A DNA stretch of 64,000 nt. Source: Convolutriloba macropyga. Taxonomy: Eukaryota. Where the stretch lies: contig NC_134472.1 of NCBI RefSeq assembly GCF_964194025.1, forward strand, positions 29,016,001-29,080,000, in the 5' to 3' direction. Made by a program: the position numbers and the translations under genes. The notes below the pieces were generated by a model, which worked only from the letters and a program-made list of their open reading frames with translations, was not told the DNA's origin and searched no databases. Shown one piece after another: positions 30,101 to 39,100 of this stretch (its first letter is position 1; each line of letters opens with the position of its first letter).

Positions 30101-33100
30101 CATAGAAACAAACAAATATCCTTCAGCGTACAGGTTAGGTTGCTGTTATAACTGTTATAACTTTCATCTTGAAATAAGTTTTTAAATACTGCAGCTTTAT
30201 GGCATTCTATGACATCATTACAACAGACAAAAATTGTTATTAAGTATTTTGGACCATAAACAAGGGAGAAAAAGAACTTACAGTATCAGCAGCTGCAATC
30301 TGATTAGCAAAACCATCATCAAATTTGTTCAATGTAGCAATAGGCGCTGCATTTCCAACAGGAGGAGAAGTGCCCATCATCATTTTGTTACTGCTTGCAA
30401 ATGGGTTCTCAATAGCATCGAAGTCAATGTTGTCATAATCAATCTCCACTTTCTTTCGAGGCAAGGGTGGCGATTCTGCCATCATCTTACTTGATGACTT
30501 GAAGGGGTCCGCCACTGACTCAAAATCAAAATCATCCTGCTCATAGACTGTCGTTTTAGGTTCCTCAGGTTCTGAAAAAAATTTAAATCTAAAATCAGAT
30601 GGCGCAGAATCTCAACAATGCCAAGAATAAGCGTTGCAATAATTGGAGTATCTGATCAGCTACTTACTTTTAAACTTCATCCTGAGCATATTTACTTTGC
30701 ATAAAATAGCTTACAAGTAGCTCACAAAAATGGACAGAGCATTATGAACCTGGATTTGAGAACACACAATTTGCCAGTAACATAGGAGACATTGATTAAC
30801 ACGACACCCACTTTAGACCACCACCACCACCACTATCCAAAAAGGAGGATCATTTCAAACTTTCACATGCCAAACACGTGTTAAAGATAGAAGAAACTTA
30901 AACTTTTATTGCAAGAACAAGCTCACCAAAAATATTACAACAATTAAAAGGCAGTAAAATTGTTGCCTTCTTTTTCAAAAGAGCAAAATTTCCTTTATTG
31001 TCAATTACCTCATCAATTCGCAGTTGAAGATTCACATTTTGTCAGTAGATTCGGCGACAATTTTAGACAGCGGACATCGCTCAATAGATAACTCTTTCAC
31101 TGAAGTCAAGTAAGTTAACCATCAATTCTCATGCTTAATTAAATGCGCGCTGACTAGAATTCAACTGAACTCAATTTAAACTAGAATTCAAGTGAGGGCG
31201 GGGAAATCATGTTCAAAACAAAGCGTGCAACTGAACAGTCAGAAAAAGCCTGACAAAAAACAGCAGGACAAGACCTGAAAAACAATCCAAAAAATTAAAT
31301 GAAAACTTCAAAAATACTGTACTTGACGACTAGCAAACCAACTGAACAATACCCCCAACAGACAAACAGTTTTAAAAAATGAGAAAAACAAAAACTAAGC
31401 TGGCAGATAGCCAGAAAATAGCCACAATAGCTTTGTAGATCTGCTGTCTCAAAAAGATAAATGAGACCGAATTTCTGAAAATGGGAAAAGTTGCGTTGAC
31501 CTTCCCTATAGCCACTGACAATTTGTCATCATGGCTTTAGAATTTCTGTTCTTATATGATTCCAAAAATTGTAAGGTACCGATTAATTCGAATTAGTCGC
31601 TACCTGATCAGCTGGCTCTCCCTTTAAAAAATGGATCCAACTCATCTTTGTACGCTACACATTTTTCAGCGTCAAATGTTCTAGACAAGTGAGGAAACCT
31701 CTCACAATTTTTTCAAGTATGGCCCACTCACCGTTGGGTTTTTCAATTTTAGTTGAAAGAAGACTCCGAATAGGCCTTAGAGGTTCAGCTTTTTTTGGTT
31801 CACTGACCTATGACAAGACCACAACAAATTTTTTGTCCTAGCTTTCAAAATGAAAAAAATCTAAAAAATCTTGAGGACACAAAATTTATATGGTCCAAAA
31901 AATGCTTTATCTTTCGGCGGCAGTTGAAAATATGAATTTTTGGCATGAGGTCTTTCCTACAGAGTGATGCCATGACTCTTACTTAAAACTGATTCTTAAT
32001 TTGCGTACCTGCGGTAGATGAATTGATAGCACCATTTTGTACATCCTCTGTCGACTGCGTAATTGACTCTGAGGGCTGTGTACTAAAACAATGAACTATT
32101 TTATTTATTCAATATGTCTAATATTTATACTAATGTCGGAAGAATTGCTCTCGAACGACAGGCGGGTAGAAATTATTTGCCCCGCCGTGATTCAAACCAC
32201 TGAGCTCCCGGTCCATAACCAGATGCACTGACCACTCGGCTTTCAGTCCCTTATTTTTTTTATGTGCAACCGACTTTATAAAAGCAACAAGCTTTACTTC
32301 GGAGTGAGCGCAATAGAGATCACTCAAAAATGAAGAACGAAAGCGTGAAAAAGTCACTTGAGAAGTCAAAGAATGTCCTAGAAGAAAAGCGCAAAATGGT
32401 CAAGCAAAAAATTTGCATAAAAAGACCAACACGTTTACAATAATTGCTATGAACTTCGTTCAAGAGCAATTAATCAGAAAACACGAAACAATTATACAGC
32501 AGACGAACAAAATCGAATCATTTCAAGCTTTCCTCAATTCAAAAAGAACCCCTCATCATCTAAAAAAATCGAATCATTCCGTTGATTCCCAATAACGCAA
32601 CACAGTAGAGAAGCAAATGCGACTAGATGTTGAAAATAGCATATATTTTGCGCCTGCAAGCTAGAGGGACATAAACCGAGAAGATCGGTATGGTGAAGAC
32701 AGAAATTTAACCTCTGGATTTTGTTTCCACTGCCATTCTGCTTCAGCTCTTCTTCGGATGGAGGAGGTGGGAAGTCTTCCTCGTGATTGAGACTTGAGCT
32801 AATATTATTACAAGCAGCAGTATTCGCATTATTATTCTGGTCCTGTATGATTGAGTATGAGGAATTGGACTGGTCAGTGTCTGTGACGAATGAAGCATCT
32901 CCAGAAGACGAAGCAGCTGGTGCGACAGATGTCTGTTCTACCTGCACTGTAGAAGTTACGACTGCCGACGGATCAACCAATTGGTTATCACTTCTGAAAC
33001 AAACACATTCATACAAGGTACTGTTCAAAGCTCAAAAATCATCACAGAAAATGATGACTTGTCGGAGTCAACAATAATATACAGATATACCTAATACTCA

Positions 33101-36100
33101 CGTGGTTAGAATGACTCGCAGCAATGAGCACCTCTAAGAAGATAAAATTCAGTTCGATTAGGGTGGCAAAAATGTGTAGTAAATCGGTATATATAAATAG
33201 CCTGAATTACCTGCCAAAGCTCGATCTGGATGTGTTAAACCAGCTTGAATATCAAATTAACTCGAACTAAAACCCCTCCTTCTGAGTTAGGATTCACTAA
33301 ATTGTTCAAAAAATGAGAGTTTCTTCCACTAAAAGACAGATAAGTTTGCATTAATTAAAAATGTTTTTCCACTTTGGGCAAACATTTTTAAATTTGGAAC
33401 AAGTATAATCTAAAGATGATAACGCAAATATAAGTATTTTTGAAAAAAAAATCCGAATGAGAAAAAAAATTATGACTTCAGGTCATTTGGTTTTGAGATA
33501 ACTGAAAATAATCTGTGAGCGATACTATCATTTCTATTGCGGCCCTAAAAAGCTAAGTATGATTACGAAGATAACTACTTCTCTTATTTCTCGGCCATAA
33601 ACATGGATTAAACCATAGCCTAAGAACGTCATTGAAACGTAAGAACATGAAAGTAAAAATAATCATAAAACCTCAATTTTTCCAACGAGGAATCAATTTA
33701 AAATACCTATTCAAGGATCGATTCAATTTTTAAGGGCTTTTTAATGATATTAATTTAGTTACTTTCCGCAGAGGATATCGTCTGTCAAAACTGATCTAAC
33801 AAAAAAAACCCGGAGAGTGCCTAACCCTCAAACAACTACGTTCAATGTCGGCCCATTGACCACCACATGACCTTCAAGCGCACTGGGAAACTCTTGAAAA
33901 AACTACCCTACTTTCTAAAAACTCCCCAGAGCCAACTCGAAATAAAAATTCAACAACGAACGTTAATCTGAAAGGCAGAAAAGTACCAGAATTAGGCAAA
34001 AACTTCGCAAAAGCGAAAATTAAAAACTACTGAATTTAGCCAATTTATGACTGAACGAAATCAAAGTACTTTCAATCAAATCAGAAAGCATCGAAACCAA
34101 TATAAGGACTGATTTAACAGAAATACACTAAATATACACCAGAGAAAAGAAAAATCAAAAACCGCTAAAAAAATCGGCAAAATTACAAAATTAGCTCAAG
34201 ATTCCATCTAGAAGTCTAATTATATGACTAAGATGAACAAAAAGGCTCTCAACAAACATGTTCTTGCCAGTATGTTTACAAAAATTACTTTACTCAAAAA
34301 CTTAAATTGCCAGTTGCTAAGCGAAAAAATCCAATTAGCAGAAAAATTGCAGCTTTTTGAAGATTTATGAGAACTAACAGAATTAAAAAAACTAACTGAT
34401 TTTAAAGTTGAGAAAATGAACGAATTTAAACCAAATTTAGTTTCATGAGCGAAATCAAAATTTTCCATTAAAAGACAGATGAAGTTTGCATTAATTAAAA
34501 ATGTTTTTCCACTTTGGGCAAACATTTTTTAAAATTTGGAACAAGTATAATCTAAAGACGATAACGCAAATATAAGCAATTTTGAAAAAAAAATCCGAAT
34601 GAGCAAAAGAATTATGAATTCAGGTCATTTGGTTTTGAGATAAATGAAAATAATCTGTGAGCGATACTATCATTTCTTTTGCGGCCCTAAAAAGCTAAGT
34701 ATGATTACGAAGATAACTACTTCTCTTATTTCGCGGCCATAAACATGGATTAAACCATAGCCTAAGAACGTAAATGAAACGTAAGAACATGAAAGTGATA
34801 ATAACCATGAAACCTCAACTTTTCCAAAGAGGAATCTATTTAAAATACCTATGGAAGGATCGATTGAGTTTTTTAAGTGCTATGGAAGGATCGATTGAGT
34901 TTTTTAAGTGCTTTTTAATGGTATTACTTTAGATTCTCTCCGCAGAAGATATCGTCTGTTAAAACTGATCTAAGAAAACCCAGAGAGTGCCTAACCCTCA
35001 AACAACTGTTACCAAACTTTAGAAAAGTTAAAATGCTATTTATTAAACTCTTTTGGTAAGCTGTAGGTAAAAAGTAAACATAAAATCCGTTGCCAGATCC
35101 TTAAATCAAAAAAGTCAAAAACCTTAAAAAGACCAAAATAGATTAAAATTTGATAAAAATTAACCCCTTTTTTAGCAAATAAAATGCAGAACAGAAATCT
35201 ACCAAATGGAAGACCAACTAAATCACAAATGAATAACATAGCCGGCAGTTTGCCAGAAAACAGCCGCAATAGCTTCGTAGATCTGCAGTCTCAAAAAATT
35301 CACAAAGACAGACTAAAAAAGAAAATTATTCTTTTCATTAAGGGCTGAGATGTAATATTTTGATTAGGAATTTGTTTAACTTATTGCAGCTTCTAAAAGA
35401 TGACCTCAAATACCCTTCATTTAGAGTGACACGCACTAATTTGACCTTATCTCTTTGAATCATAGTATAGAAAAATCAATTACAGAGTGAGGAATTCATC
35501 TTCGAGAGGTAAGTCACAGGTGACAAAAAATTTAATCACGCGAATGAACAAAAAAACACTCTCCACTAAGAGTGAAAAATGACGTCAAAATCAGTTGAAA
35601 TTGCATAAACGAATGAACAAAAAGCAGATTTGAAGTGATTGTGACGTCATATGGTCGTAACAAAAAATCTGGACGGAGAAAAACCAAGAGAAGGCCAATA
35701 GTAGCGCCAGCTATCGCTTCGCGGCTATTAAAAAACAACTAAGATCAACTAAAAAATCCCCAGATGCTATAAAAAATGTAACATACCCAGCAGATTGCCG
35801 GGAAATACCAAGAAGCATTAGAGATTGTAACTAAGAACTAAGTGCAAGTAACTCGCATCTAAAATTGGGCTTTATGGGTTTATCCCGTTTTAATTTCTGA
35901 TTTCGATTTTTGATACTGACTGTTAATTTTGATGTCCTTTGCTGAGCAACTGGTGTTTAGAAACACTTTCAGCAGAAAGAGAGAAGAGTGAAACTAGCCT
36001 AGAGAAGTCGAAGATTTCACGCAAAATGCTGAACAAGCTGTGAACTCAGGTAAAGGGAAGAAATTTTTACTCTACGAAAAAAATAGGAGCGCTATAAAAG

Positions 36101-39100
36101 CTGAGGCGGCTATTAATAAGAATAAGAAAAACAAAAAAGCATGCAAAGATAATATTTTTATCAGATGATAAACGATCTCTAAACGAACTGATACTAGTGG
36201 AATTGATTGAGGCAAACACCGTTATCCGATAAATTTTAGTTAAAACTTAAAAATCTACTGTGAAAAAAGCCGAATATGATCAACAAAATTTTTCTCGCGT
36301 AGCTAAAATTTTCTCACACCTACTTTTCTTGCTCTCTCTCAGAATAATGCATGAACGAAACGCACTCGAAATTCTCTGCCTTTGGCTTTTGTTCAGCAGA
36401 TTGACCTAAACACTTCTTTTCACGTGCGTCATTTGACTTTCTCTAATACAAAAGTCACCGATTAAAAACTATAGTGCCATAACTCTTCTAGTCGTAAAAA
36501 GACAGCACCCCAAAACAATTCAAATTCTTTAATTGTAAAAACCATGCGAGGGCCAATAACAGCCCCAGCTATCACTTTGCGGCTGTTAATGAAAAAGTTA
36601 TCGGAAAAGTTTCGACACTTTTTTGTCATGAAACCCCTCCTTATCACGCAGATGACTTCCATTCAAATACAATGTCTGAAGGCTAGCGATTTAGAGCAGC
36701 AATCAAGAAAAACACTCGTAACCACAAATCACAGAAATGAAACGGAAAATAGGGCGCGAAATATGCGGCACAGAAGACTATCAGGACCAAGTACCTACCA
36801 CTAACTTTGTTTGAGAAGTACAAATAGTTTCCAAACAGATATCTGAAGCGTAAAAAGCGAGTATACATGGGCACGCGAGAATAAATTACTTCGGTACATT
36901 ACAGGCGAGTATAAATTACTTCAGTAACCATAACTTGAGACACGCATGATCTAGTTTAAAAATGCCAGATCTCTGTAGTGCAGATTTTACAAAGGCAGCT
37001 TTACTGTATACAATTTACGTGAATCCTGCCAAAGTCTCTTTAAAATGTTGGCCAAAAATGCTAAGCGGTTCTGGATTAATGACAAATTTTCGGCGAAATT
37101 AGCAGAGCCACGTAACATATACTCACCGATTAATTGGAAGGGTAGCTGATGAAAGTGTTTGTTTACTGCTGTTATCTTGACTGTTTACTGTTGCCGCTTG
37201 GGAAGAGCCGCGCTTAGGTACTGGTGGTGGAACTTTCTTGGGCGTTGAATCTCTGCTCTCGTCCTAAAAACTTACATTTATTTTTAAAATCACAACAAAA
37301 AAACATACCCGGCAGATTGCCGGAAAATAGCCGCCGTTGATTCCAATAAGCATGATTGGGATTGAACGAATAAATATATTGAAAAAAAAAAAGATTTTTG
37401 TACAAAAATATTTTTTAAGTCCGATTTATTTTGATGGCATTTCGTAGTTGAACATACTTCTGTTTCTTAGAGAGAGGTTACAGGGGCTACTATCAACACC
37501 AATAAGCATTAGAGGTGGTAACTAAGACTTATAGGAACGACGTTCAAATAGCGGGCATCTAAAATTGGGCTTTATGGGTTTATCCCGTTTCTATTTCTGA
37601 CTTCAATTTTTTATACCGACTCTGTTCATTTTGAATTGCTTTGCTTAGCAACTGATGTTCAAATTCACTTTTAGCAGAATGAGAGAAGAGAGAAACTAGC
37701 CTAGAGAAGTCAAAAAGATTTCACGCAAAATGTCGAAAAAGCGGCAAAATGGTAAAGCGAAAAAAAGTTTGACGAAGTAAAAAAACATAGCAGGACAAGT
37801 CCTGACGAACAATTCAAAGAATTTTCATTGAATAAACAGAAAAACTGGACCTAGAATGGACTATGAGTGAATTGAGAAAACCATTTTTCAAAAAATCAGA
37901 TAAAAAAAGAAAAAAAACAAAATATCAATGTCAAAATGCCGCATGTGAACAAAAAAACCACCAGCGAGAAATGAAAATTTCATTCAAACAAAAAACTAGG
38001 CCTTGAATGAGCTGTGAATGGATTGCGAAAACCATTTCGAAAAAAATCCGATCCAAAAAAATCGAAAAAACAGTAAAAATCAGAGTGAAATTGCCGCATG
38101 TGAACAAAAAACCACTACCGAGAAACCGAATTTTTGTTCAAACACCATTTTCGCACTCTACTTTAAAATTAGAGCGAAAAAAATTCACGCCGCAAAACCA
38201 CTCGCTTTTTCGCTCCATTTCCCGTTTCGGCGTGACCAAAATCACTACTCCAATTTGACTTCAAAAATCATGAAAATGTGTGAACAGATCTTAAAAAAAA
38301 AAGACAGCGCCCCAATACAATTCAAATTCTTTGAATTGTAAAAAAAAATACGAGCGCAATAATAGCCGTCAGAGAAGATGAGGGCGGCTATTAATAATAA
38401 GGCTAATCTTAAAATCCAAATGTATCTTAAGATCTTAAGATGAGCTTCATAACCAAGCACGGGTCGCATAATTGGCGACGAGTCCTCACCTTATTTTTAA
38501 AACTCTATATGAGCAGAGATTCTGGTTGAAAATGGATAAAGCCTTGAACAATCTCGACAGAAGCCAAGAACATTTTCTCAAACGTAAACTGTTCAACTCA
38601 CAATTGTTGACAAGCTCTCCTGTTGTTCGTCAGCAGACACACCAGTAGAAGCAGCATCCCCAGCTCCGCCCGAGGAAGTGGTCAACTTAGCAGCCAACTC
38701 TGACTCAGTTGACAGCCTTGTGTTAGCACTCCTCTTAGCCTTATGCGGTGGAACTCTAGTTTTGGTCTTTGCATGAGCTGATGGACGGGTGATCGTAGCT
38801 GTTCCGTTCATCTCAGGAAGCGTGTCTGCATTTCCTGTCCAATTCGTAAAATAATTTTAGACAAATTCCTCACCATTTACATGAAAAACGGTTCTGGCAT
38901 CGCAATCGTCTTTTTTAGTCTGGTTAGATATTATAAAATCAATTGATTAAAATCTATCATCAAAACCAATGACAGGCAAGTAAGATATATGAGTTCGAAA
39001 TAACTTCTTTCGAAATTCTTACAACTTTCAATTCCTCGCGTTGAATCTTGTTCATTTTACGATTGCAGCGGAATGCGAAATGATTTAATCACTTTTACTT

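Noticed and set aside
19863-38341. Recurrent similar ORFs (19863-20120 and 32130-32369; 22582-22975 and 38007-38341; 21526-22075)
   Set aside because: Translations of non-coding repeat copies; frames and stops differ between copies and no domain is recognisable
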